Source: Trypethelium eluteriae
Lineage: Eukaryota
DNA length: 64,000 nt
Direction of reading: 5' to 3'
Assembly (NCBI GenBank): GCA_051942245.1
Contig: JAVECL010000033.1
Location: forward strand, 1-64,000
This document shows, piece after piece, positions 22,135 through 33,700 of this stretch. Positions within the stretch are counted from its first letter, which is position 1. Each line of letters starts with the position of its first letter. Under the pieces are notes generated by a model, which worked only from the letters and a program-made list of their open reading frames with translations, did no database searches and was not told the origin of the DNA. The translations under genes were made by a program, and so were the position numbers.

Positions 22135-25100
22135 GATGCAAAGCTTTCACTCAGGAGTTGGAGGTAGCCCTGGTTGCATCGCAGCGATTGTCATGCTCGT
22201 TATGTAGTGAAAGCTTCCTCTGTTTCTTTACAAGAGCGTCAACTGCACGTTGCACTCTAGCGCAGCCTTTCGCGGCACCAATATTGATAGGGAAGGATAT
22301 CAGCCGTGGATTTGCAAGGTTTGACCGCGATGGTTAAGAACACTATTTTATAAGACTCGGAAAGCGAGCTTGGAAATCCCAGGAACAGATTAATCCATCA
22401 ATCAATCTTGTAAATAGTGCTTGTGTCGAGCAATTCTGCTGGGATTATTGCTTGCATGTGTGCCTGCAAATACAGGTATTGCATAGAGGCCATTCCTGAG
22501 TCCGCTATCCGGAGGTATACAGTTGACCATGTGACGATTCTGAGAAACAGGCAAAAGTTCCATCGTTTATAATAGATTGCAGGATAAATAGCGGGCGAAC
22601 TTTGTAATTGAGCCGGGACGCGGTAGCACTACTCGACCGTCACAGTTGCACAGCATTAAAGCTGTATTAGCCATTAGTAATGCAAGCTGTTGATGATAAG
22701 CTGCTTGCCAATTTTGCCACGAGAGTTGATGTTGATGTTGCGAAAGAGCGCGACTCTTGGCGAGGACCCAAGTGGGGTGGGCAAGAACCGGCCTCCCTTA
22801 ATAAATTACCTCGACTCTTTCCTCGTTCATAAAGCATCCCGAAAAGCTTCGAGGCTCGCGACTGTTCGAAGCAGGTCCTTGATCTCGTGCCCTTCGAGGT
22901 CCGAACTTATTATCAGGTTTCGTCACCCTAGTGCTGATAAATGAAGGGGAATTTAGGGGACTTCAAAGGTCAAGTTTTTCATACCTACAGTATTACAGAC
23001 GAAAGGGGCTCAGGCAGAGCAGCTTCCTTCTTTGGCCAGCGAAAGGAGGGCACTGAGCACGGACGTCACCGCTCAACCCCATTTTCCAAGACGACGGCTT
23101 GATCAAAGGAGATCCACAGCATCATCCGCAAGCAGGTCGTCACTTCTTGACATGTAGAGTTTCGCGAATCCATCAATCATATGATATTCCTTCAGGAGGA
23201 GTGACTAATTAGAATCCGTCTGCAGAGGTGAGCCATCTGCTGCTACAGTCGAAAGCGACCCCACAAAACATCAGAGAATGCGACATCCAGACGTTTATCT
23301 CACGTACGGACCCTCGTCAGACTTGCCTTCTACAGCCTCCTTGATCATTGGACCAATGCTGAGAGCCCTCATCATCTTTCTCGGACCGCACTCAAACCTG
23401 TCTTATTCGTTTAAATCAGCTTATGGTCTAGTAGAAAGTCGTGACTTAGAAGATGATTTCGAGACAGCCGGCCAAGCCAGATAAAAGACCATCGGGCCTG
23501 ATATAAGGTATCGCACGATTTTTTTAATGGGCCTCGGCTTGTACGCATCGTCCTTTTCCTAATCTTGACTGGCGTAGCTGGTTCTTGCTCTCTTCACATT
23601 GTTCCTGTCGGATTTGCTCTGATCGGCGCACTGGTGTCGTTTCTAACCTATACCAGCAAGTTGAGAAAATACGTGTTGACTTAGAAGAGTGACTGGTGCT
23701 ACACCGCTGTCCTCTCACACACTGAGTATGGCGTTCAATCCTGGCCGAGGCTAGCTATCGAAGCTGTTCTTCCTTGCAAAGCTTCCCTTTAGCCTCGCTC
23801 GGCGAATTTTCCTGGCTTCGCAACTCGGCATCGCGGTTCTTCTCCTGCGTTACCATCTGCCAAATGCAATGCTCCTGCTAAACCTGCAAAATCTGTCGCT
23901 GATGGACGTATCCCGAGAACCTCTACCATCCTTGGGAAGACGGTAATCGAAATGTGTGATGTATCCTTATGGTTTGCGCTCAGTTGGACACAGCTGGCGC
24001 AATTCGCTCGCCCGCTTGCTCGACAACCTATTCCAATTTTTTTTAACATCTCTCATGTGGCAATCGTCGGAGAGTGGTCTGCGGCTCTCGAAGTGCCCCG
24101 ACTTGCTCTGTCTTTCTGACTGGTCTCGAGTTTTCAGTGGCTCTCATTTTTTTCCCTTCTCATTCACGAATGCCTCCCTCTTGATCGCTTCTGCACCTTG
24201 GACGTCACCAAATCCTCTTATCTCCGAAGATGCTATAGATGCTACGGTCGAACTGCGCGAACTATTATACGAAGTCAGTCGTGCTATTCTGGAGTCGAGA
24301 TCCGCGGCGGCAGCGATTTCATTCTGACAGACCAAGGCTGTCCACTCAACGAAGCCAAATTCTGCTTGCACGGAGGCGATCATGCAGGTGCTAAGCCCTC
24401 CGGAGAAGTGCGCTTTCCACCGTATCCTCAGGGAGCCCTACGGAGTTCATTAGCGCTTGAATGGATGGCAATTCAAGCAGAGTCGCGTCGTAGAACCCGA
24501 TCATTCCGTCTGTTCTCGTTCAAGTACCATCAAACTTGGGTTTCGTGCTGGGTCTTTCATCAAGCAGCGGGATAGTAACGAAATTTAGGTTTCTGTTCCC
24601 CATCCTTTGCTACTAGAGTGGCGCAGCGAGTCTGTCTGGAATGTTGCCACCATCACAAAAGAGACACGATAGCAAACCAAAGGCACAAAAGATGCCACCT
24701 ACGATTTTGATGGTGATATCGTCGCATTGTCCTGAACGATGGCCTCGACGTTTCTGTTGGTAGTGAAAGTGTTAGTGCTGAATTTGAGCCATTTCCAGAA
24801 ATATATTATGTGAATTGCTAACCTCTGCAAAGGAACCAGCCCCCTTCAAGCTTTCCAAAGGTTGCTTCACAATCCCGCAGCCCTCATCCTCAACGGCGAT
24901 CGAATCATATCCTGACGACCGCTGAAACTCTCATTCTTGGCCTTCTGTTCGAACCCACACCTACCAAGTCATTCCAGTTATTCCGAGATTCCTGGAGATG
25001 GACCAGATGGAGTGGCCAACAGGGTTCAAAGAGCGAGGAAGTGGTTATACGGGGAAACTGTGTCCTCGTCTGCCTGACTTCTTCGTCGAGAATAACGGTC

Positions 25101-25333
25101 ATTCTCCTCATCTCAACAAGTGCCTATGGTCTCCACACTCATCCTGTAAATTGAACGCAAAGGTTGGCGCTTTCTACAGCTCTTCAGACGGCTTTCCCCC
25201 CTTCATAGCTGTCAGGTGTCGATACCCTGGACTGCTACAGTCGAGACAGGCGGACAATTCAAACCAGGCTCTCTGAAGGAGTATGAAAGAGAGCTCACGA
25301 TGTTGGAGGTGAGCGGGAAGGAAGTTCAGTAAA

Positions 25334-26881
25334 TTAACCCCAGAGCATGATGGTACCATCCCCGCCCGCTGACGCGAGTGTCCCATTTGGTGAAAAGGCG
25401 ATGCCGTAGACCGCTATACCCTCATGGACCTCGAGCGTGTGTAGCGCCTCTCTGGATTGGCTGTTCCAGAACCTGACGATGCCATCAACGCCCACTACCG
25501 CGAGCGTCGTCCCATCTGGTGAGAAGGTTACATCCAGGACGTTACCGCCCTGACGGTTCTTGAGCGTCCGCAGCGCTGCTCTGGAGCGGCTGTCCCAGAG
25601 CCTGACGGCACCATCCCCGCCCGCTGACGCGAGCGTTGTCCCGTCTGGTGAGAAAGCGACGCGGTGCACGTTGTTTGCCCCGTGGCTCGTGAGCGTCTGC
25701 AGCGCCGCTCCGGAGCGGCTGCCCCAGAACCTGACGGTACCGTCCCCGCCCGCTGACACGAGCATTGTCCCGTCTGGTGAGAAGGCTAGGTCTAGGACGC
25801 TAGCTCTGTGGCCCCTAAGCGTCTGGAGCGCCGCCCCGGACCAGACATTCCAGAGTTGGATAATGCTATCCCTACCCGCTGACGCGAGCTTTGTCCCGTC
25901 GGGTGAGAAGGCCACGCAGTAGACGCAGGACTTGTGGCCCTTAAGCGTCTGTAGCGCCACTCCGTACCGAGCATTCCAGAGCCCGACGGTCATGTCAAAG
26001 CCTGCAGAAGCGAGCGTCATACCGTCCGGTGAGAAGGCTACGCTGTAGACGGCGCTCTTATCCCCCTCAATCTTGCACTTCGCTGTCCAGTTCCGCGAAG
26101 ATTTCGCTGAGCACAGATCTATCTTGCCCTTGTACAGATATACCATGCCCTTGTTCTCTTCTTTGTGTATTTCATGCCTAAGCCGATTCATTGCTCTTTC
26201 TCTTCCTTCGCCGTACATGATTGGCATAGTGATTCCAAAGATGCCTAGGAGAGAGTACGCTTCATCTTCCCCGCGCGTAGTATGGCGAATTTTTGCCCAC
26301 AAGAATCGCTCATTAGTTTTAAAGTGGGATATAGGAATTCCCCGAAGAGCTCTAACATCAATTCTAGTGATCTCCTGGACTAGATTTTCTAAATTTTCCT
26401 TATCACCAAGCGACCTGCCCTCTCGGCTGAAAAATTCAACCGCCTGAGGAGCAAGCAATTCTTGAAGGGTCCAGCCTCTGGTGAACCATCTACTTCCCCG
26501 AAAAGCTTGTTCCCAAGCCCACTGATTGTACTGATATGGTGTGGAGACATCGGCCAGGTATACATAGCACTTTGTGGCTCGCTCATACCAGCGAAACATG
26601 GAAATAATTGCCTCTTGAAGCTCTGCGCTACTTGACTTGTTGATACAACAAATATCCACCCAAAAGTGCTGTAAATCATCCCTGGCTGCTTGTTTGCCGC
26701 AGAATACAATCTTCTCATATCCAGCCTTATGACGACCTGTGCCTTCGACCATATCCTTGAAGTTGACCTCGTCTTTAGGATCTCCCCATGTGTGAGAAAG
26801 GACAGCATACGGAGGGATCTCGTTGTCGCGTAAGTCTTCTGTAAGATGGAGGTGTCCCTCACGACGTTGTAAAAGACGCAT
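25334..26881 (-). CDS. HET-domain protein fused directly to six WD40 repeats (HET-E-like, no NACHT)
   Basis: MRLL...PPYAVLSHTWG, FWVDICCINK, MFRWY, SRWFTRGWTLQELLAP, AYSLLGIFG (HET domain), then six ...AFSPDG..LAS.G.D..V.LW repeats in one open frame. Confidence 0.88.
   Translation of the reverse strand: MRLLQRREGHLHLTEDLRDNEIPPYAVLSHTWGDPKDEVNFKDMVEGTGRHKAGYEKIVFCGKQAARDDLQHFWVDICCINKSSSAELQEAIISMFRWYERATKCYVYLADVSTPYQYNQWAWEQAFRGSRWFTRGWTLQELLAPQAVEFFSREGRSLGDKENLENLVQEITRIDVRALRGIPISHFKTNERFLWAKIRHTTRGEDEAYSLLGIFGITMPIMYGEGRERAMNRLRHEIHKEENKGMVYLYKGKIDLCSAKSSRNWTAKCKIEGDKSAVYSVAFSPDGMTLASAGFDMTVGLWNARYGVALQTLKGHKSCVYCVAFSPDGTKLASAGRDSIIQLWNVWSGAALQTLRGHRASVLDLAFSPDGTMLVSAGGDGTVRFWGSRSGAALQTLTSHGANNVHRVAFSPDGTTLASAGGDGAVRLWDSRSRAALRTLKNRQGGNVLDVTFSPDGTTLAVVGVDGIVRFWNSQSREALHTLEVHEGIAVYGIAFSPNGTLASAGGDGTIMLWG
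25337..26070 (-). repeat. Tandem ~126-129-bp WD40-coding repeats (6 units)
   Basis: Recurrent DNA blocks such as CCCGCTGACGCGAG, CCCGTCTGGTGAGAAGG and CCAGAACCTGACG at ~126-129-bp spacing; GC-richer than the HET part. Confidence 0.85.
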
Positions 26882-27704
26882 CGCGGCGAAGACGAGACTC
26901 GGGCGACTGAATTCTTGCAATAGCAATCCGGGGGAGAAGGGTGCGTTGGCCAATACAGGAACTCCACTAACATGTAGATCTAGAGTAGCCGAATCAAGGG
27001 TCTTGTAGTGATAATGACGAGCATTTAGAAGAGGTGGTATCTGCTTGTACTGTGAGAAGGGAGGTGGTAGTCGACGGATTGCTGCGTATTTTTCTACGCT
27101 TAGTCGCAAGGCTGAGCGGCGCTCATCGTAAGACGACGGTGTCCGGTGGAGGTGGAGACCGCACATACGGAGTGCCGCATCGTACCTTAGAGGTAAGGAA
27201 GAATCTTAGGTGATATAATATGGAACAGCAAAAAAGATATAGTTAACAAAAAAGTAGGTTATGGATTATAATTAGTAAGGGAGACTAAGGCAGTTAGATA
27301 TAAAAAAGCCAGAAGGCCGGGCAAGATTGATAATATATACTCTAAGCCAGTTGTGGCCCTTAAGATTAAGGGCGCTGTGCGCATACAAATTAATCTCATG
27401 CAGTGCGAACTATTCAGCTACGACGAGAGTTAGAGCAAACAGTTCTTGGATATCCCTCTACTCGTTGCTCGCAGGCATCTAGATTATGAGGTCCAGAACG
27501 CATATTCTCGATGCTTGTGAGCATGTAAATTTTGGCATCGTAGGGTCACACGGTCGGTACACTCGGGAAGCGAAATGGTGCGAATTGGCCCAAGCGTATC
27601 CTAAGGTACGAACACTACGTAGAAAATCAAGTTCCTAGCCTTCCGAAGCATACTCGTCGAAAGGAAATTCTATTCTAGGCGTGTACTACACATCTATTCT
27701 ATAG

Positions 27705-30700
27705 TTACCCACTGAGCAGCTTCTCAATGATCTGATTTGCCAACTCTTTCGGACTGTTTCCTTTGGCGACCAAATCCGCGAACCTGATGTTCAACCCAAA
27801 CGTCTTCGCTAGCCAGCTGCGCAACTCCACTCCGATCATGCTATCGATGCCAAAGCTCTCCATATTGCGCGTCACGTCAATCTCATCCAATGGCAGAAAC
27901 AGCAATTTTGCCAACCGTTCGACGACAACGCTAAGGGCAAGCTCGCCTAGTGACTGTCCATCCTCGGGCGAAGATTGGCCTCTAGCCTTAACCTTGTCGA
28001 TGTGCGCAAATAGCTCGTCGGCGCCAGTTCCTCCACCCTGCCCAGATATCGCCGCACCATTCTTACGCTGCATCTCGAGATGATAATTCCGGATACCCTG
28101 CATCACGTAGGCGAACCGGCGATCTCTCGCCCACACAAACTCAGCGCCCAGGTGCGACGGATCAAGAGCATGGATCTGGCTTGGCTCTAGACCGCACAGG
28201 AGATGCGCGCCCGCAAGTGGATCGGAGGGGACTGGATCACAGCCGATGGAAGGAGAGCTGGCGAACGCGATGTCGAGGACGCGGAGCAGCTCAGGCTGAG
28301 TGGTGCCGTAGACGCCGTTGCGGGTCAGAGCGCGCTGGATTTCGGGACGACTGCTGGCGAAACCGACATCCAGAATCATTCCAAAGGCGAGCGCTTGTGC
28401 TGGGAGCGACCGTGAGACGCGCATGCGGGCGAAAGCATCTTGAAAGGCATTTGCAGCACTGTAGGCTGACTGAGTCGCGGTGCCAACGAGAGTGACGATT
28501 GAACTGGTCATGGTGAAGAAATCGAGCGGCTGAGTCAGAGTGGCCTCGTGCAAATTGATCGTCCCCTGGACTTTCGGAGCAAGAACTTTCTGCATCTGCG
28601 CAAACGTCATGCTTTCGAAGTTGACGTCCTGTCCAGAGAGTGAGTCACGCCATTCGATTTGAACTTCGACAACGGATATACTACCTCAAATACGGCCGCC
28701 GCGTGAAGGACTCCACGAACTTTTCGATCCTTGGAGCACTTCTTGATCACGGCAAACACTTCGTCCTTGACCGTCACATCGCAAGGAATGACTTTGACGT
28801 CAACTCCTCGGTTGCTTAACTTCTCAAGTCCAACTGTCACTGCAGATGATTGCTTCATGGACCGTGATAGATGGACCAAGTGCCTAGCGCCGCGATCTGC
28901 CATCCAAGAGCTAATTGTTTGTCCCAGACCACCAAGGCATCCGACAAGTATGTATGTAGCAGAAGAGCTAAACGAAGTCCGTGGTGCGGAAGTCAAGACC
29001 TGTCAAGGCTCGTCAGTATCTTAAGGCACCTCATCTTTCCAAGTGCGGACCTTTAATTTGGATTTCGGATCTCGGAAAGTAATAACAATCTTCCCCACGT
29101 GGATTCCCTTCGACATGTACATCATCGCCTGCTCAAGCTCTGAAATGTCAAACGTTGTGATGAAGTCAATGGGCTTTATAATCCCTTGGCGATACATATC
29201 GATAATCTGCTTCATGAGACTGTTCGTAGCTGTCAGCCTCTTTACGTCTATGATGACTTGCTGTCACAGTATCTTCACGATGACAAGGGCGAAAAGCGAC
29301 AGTATGGACCTACCCTCCGACCGTCTGTGGCTTTTGACGATTCATCAAACCAAGATCGAATGATGTAAAGGTCGCATTGCGTTCAAATCCTTCGAGTGGT
29401 AAATTGCCACGATTCAGGACATCCGTCCGCCCAACATCAATGAATCGCCCCATTGGCGCAATGCATCTCCACGCCTCGCGCAAGTGCTCCGCACCTGCAG
29501 AGCACAATATCACATCAATGCCCTTGCCACCCGTCATCTGCCATATCTGCTGGTAGGTGGAGATTTCGCGCGAGTTAAAAATGTGGTCTCGAGGAATGCC
29601 GAATTCCCCTACCAGAAGATCAACTTTGGAAGCGTTTCCGACGGTGGCGTAAATCTCTGCACGCAGGTGCTGTGCAATCCGCATGGCTGCAAGACCGAGT
29701 CCGCCTGTAGCGGATTGGAGGAGCACTGTCTCGCCTTGGTTGAGATGGGCGAGGTGGAGTAACGCGTAGACGGCGGTCATGTAGCTGACGGGTAGAGAGG
29801 CCATTTGCTCCGGTTTGTCTCTCTTGTTTACTTTTTGGACAGTGAAGGCCGGAGCGCGGACGAAGTTGCCAAAGTTTCCTGGTACGGCGCCAACTACGCG
29901 ATCGCCAGGCTGGAGCTCCTTGACTTGGGCACCGACCTTGGAGATAATCCCGCAACATTCGGTACTGAAATTGTTCCAGTCAAAATGGCCTGTCGCCACC
30001 GCTAGATCCTACAAAATGAGCGATGGGTTAGTATGGTCTTATCTACATTTGTGAACAATGTTGTTTGTACCTTTATGTTGAGGCCCATCGCCTCTGTTTT
30101 GATCTCTACCCAGTCATCTCCAAGTTCCGAGCCGAATTCGAGGTCTCGTTGGAATCGAAGTGAACTCAGGCGGCCCAGCTTGAAATCAGCCTTAACAGGC
30201 TCAAGGCTCCCAATCTGTGCCAGTCGAGTCTCCTCGACAATGCCATTCTGAATCTTGAATCGTGAGTTGAGGGTTGAATCCGGAACTATCCTACTGATGT
30301 ATAGACATCCATCATGAACGAGCTGTAAGGTGTCACTCGCTTCATCGCCTCTTTCGAGATGTAGCCTCGCTTCTCTCCCGACGACTATATCGGCGTCGGC
30401 GCGCGAGTGCTCAATATTTGAGCTAAATACAAGGTGGGCGAACTGAACAAGGGGAAACTCACGAGCAATAGTGCCCCAGAAGCCAATATCGAGACCCAAC
30501 TCAGGGTCCGGAGATGATACAAGCCCTCCAATTGATAGCCAGAGGATCGATGACGCTTCCCGCAACACGGACTTTACACCTTCAAACACTTTTTGAACGC
30601 GGAATAGCGTTGCCGGGTCCTCGAGTCCTATGATCGACACCACCCGCGCGCCTTTCGGTACGCGCGCGTCGGATACGGACACAAGAACGGGCTCGAGATT

Positions 30701-33700
30701 CCTCTGGAGCAGAGAGTCTTCGATATAGTGCGCAAATGACGTAGGTTCATTGTTTGTGAGCAGGAAAACGCGCTCCTTAGGTACTAGCCTATCCATGGGC
30801 GCGTCCTTTGGCTCGATCGCCGTGGTCACAAGCACGGAAGCGGTATTTATTCCTTCCGGATAATCGTTTAATGCGAGGTCGATGCCCGAAAATCCATTTC
30901 GTAGAAGGGCGTCGTGCCACATCTCCTTGCTCAGCAGAGGGCTGTCAGCTCTGCCATCATTAACACCGTTCCAGTAGTCAGGCAGAGTTCCCAGTACCAA
31001 GCCCGTCGCTAGATGGGTCCGGGTCAATTCGAGCAGCACCATTTTCCCTCCTGCCTTCAGCAACTTCCGCGCATTTATGACCGTCTCGGCGATTTTGCGG
31101 GTGGCGTGTAGTACCTGCGATGCAATAATCAGATCATACCCGCCGGCCGTGAAGCCCTGCTTAACAGGATCCTGCTCTATGTTCAATTTCCTGTATACAA
31201 CTTCAGCATATCCCGCGAATTCCCGTTCTGCAGCTGCAAAGAAGGCAGACGTAACATCAGTGAAGACATAGCTTCTATACCGCCGGAAGATTTGCTCGGA
31301 TGCAAGCGTCTGGAGGACCAAACGAGTTGTACCTCCGGTCCCAGCGCCGATTTCTAGAATGTCCATGCTCGGTAATTTATGTGCGATCAGGTCGATGATG
31401 CGGTGGACTTGAGGATATGCGCCGGAAATGCCGATGCCAGATATGTAAAGGTTGGTCAGGAGATTATCCGCCAGAGTCAATTGCAGGCCGCTTAATTTGC
31501 TGGACAAGATCGCAGGCATATTCTTGTAGATACGTTTGATGATGTTAGCCTCCACAACCTCACTAAGGCTCTCGAATAGTGCTTCTATTGTCTCTGCCCG
31601 CGTTTGCTCTGAAGCCGAGACTGCCTCTAATCCGTACGATATCTTTCCAGTTCTTGCTGCAGTGTGGCAGCGATGGACCCAATTGCAGAACGCTTTGAGA
31701 GATTCCTCTTCGGGCTCTATTGATGCTGTAACAAAATCCAACGACAGTTGTACAAGTATATAGCACGACAGTCGGTCAAGCTTCTCAAATATTGGACCTG
31801 CGAAGTCGCGTGAACCTACTGGCGGGAATTGGCTTTGCGCCTGCGCACTGCCTAAAGCTTCAAAATCAGGTCTCCACACTAGCCTGGAAAAAGGGTTTTG
31901 CGATGCTCCTGCGTTGTCCGATCCCGCTAATGGATTGCTATAGGAAACGCATTTCAATGCTTGCAGGTCCATGATCAGATTTCCAAACGGGTCGAACAGT
32001 TGAGCTTGGCCGTACACTCCGCGGGGACCTCGGAGTTCGCCCTTTGCGACGCAATAGCCTACAGGGTGGACTGCTTCGGCGCCATGAGCCCAGACGGATA
32101 GCCTATCTATTAATATGGGTATAAAAGCAGACTTAGCCGAATCTAGAATTCCACCATGAGCCGCTATGAGCCCAAGTTGAAGGCAAGTGTCCAGAGTTGC
32201 TGGATGGAGGCAGTATTTCGACTCTCCGTTCATCATGGACGCAGTGGGTATCATATTGACATCGGCGGTAGCGACGTGTTGAAATGGCTGCGCCTGGAGA
32301 TTGGAGAGGCCTTGAAATGCGGGACCATATCCCAATCCTAGCTGTGCAAACTTCTGATACCACCTAGGAGCGCTCAAAGTCTCATAGCAGGCCTCATTCA
32401 CCGTTGAAATATGTTCATAGTCTAAGATGACTGGTTACTCCTAAGGCTAAGAGGTGCAAGATATCCCTACTTACGATTTTTTGACGTCTCAACACAGACA
32501 AGTCCATTACAATGCTCTGTCCAGCTCTCCGTATCCGACTGCAGAGATGTGATTTTGAACTCGTGCCATATGGAGGAGTGCATGCTATTTGTTAGAGCCA
32601 CTTTCTGCAAGTGAAATATTATCTCAATTCCGTATTCGTCGTCAGGTATTTCCAGGGTTGAGTTGATAGACACGTTTCTGAAAGAGTATCCTGCCGGAGT
32701 GACATTTTCTGTGGTTTCACTGTGATATTGATACGCGGCCTCCATGGCCATTGCAAGGAAGCCAGCGGCTGGAAAGGTGACCTGCAGAATGAGCTTGGTG
32801 AATATTAGCCAATCAATGCCAATTATACGGGGCTGATTAACGACGGAATACCTTGTGGTCTTTCAGCCAAGGCACATCCTTCAAACGAAGCATATTTCTC
32901 CAGGTAGGATAAAGTTTTGAACCACCAGCCTGTCTCGCACCAAGAAGATCGTGCCGTAAGTACTTCCGGAGCCTCCATTCTCTGTTCTGCCGATTTTCAT
33001 ACAAAATGCTTGGGCCATAGTGGTAGACATAGTTGGGTAGGCCTATGCATACCGAGTTCTGAATCGCGTTGACATTTCCAGTGGAATGATCGCCCGATGT
33101 ATTTAGCAATCCGGCTTTGAAGGTAAAATTGTTGAGAAACAAAATTCCTCCTAGCTCTAGCATGCATTCTAGTGCATCACCGCCTCTTTTCAAGGTGCTA
33201 AGCAGGATCGGCGATTTACCTGTGGGGAATCGCTTGTTCTGTAATATCTGCTTTACTGAACCTTTCAGTGCTGGATGGGGTCCAATCTCAAGTAGAGCAT
33301 CAAGGGTCTGAAGAGGCAACTGCTCACACGCGTCAGAAAATCTGACAGGAGACTCAAGATTCTCTCTCCAATAGCTGGGTCCTAATTCAAAGGCTGTAGT
33401 ATCTTTCCGTGGGCGAACCGATGATTGCCAAAGTATCGAAGGCAAGAGCGTCTCAGAAACTATTAGATGTTGTATTTCTCTCAATCCGGTGGTGACAGAG
33501 GATTCGTATTCTTCTCCAAGCTCAGCCATGTGATGAGAATGGTACGCATTGCTGCCAGTTTGAAGCGATCTATTGAAAACTCCGTCTCGTTGAAGCTGGT
33601 GAGATATGCACTCTATTTCTGCGGCGTCCCCGGAGAGAGTTACAGCATTTGCGGAATTGATTGCAGCAATACTGACGTGCGCCTCCTGCCCTGCTAAATA

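Noticed and set aside
22700..25300. Broken minus-strand reading frames (e.g. 24144-24383 continuing past TGA into 23789-24049) suggesting a decayed gene
   Set aside because: No recognisable motif and many stops; cannot be assigned without BLASTx.
25337..26070. Regularly spaced repeats as a possible CRISPR-like array
   Set aside because: They are in-frame WD40 coding repeats in a eukaryotic gene, without unique spacers.
26882..27166. 95-aa N-terminal extension of the 610-aa HET-WD ORF
   Set aside because: HET-domain proteins of this type usually begin at MRLL (ATG 26881); the extension looks like open 5' UTR.
27180..27611. 11-bp inverted repeat TCGTACCTTAG...CTAAGGTACGA around an AT-rich patch between HET-WD and the PKS
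   Set aside because: Arms are short and TACCT/AGGTA words recur throughout the intergenic DNA; may be a TE relic but not supportable.
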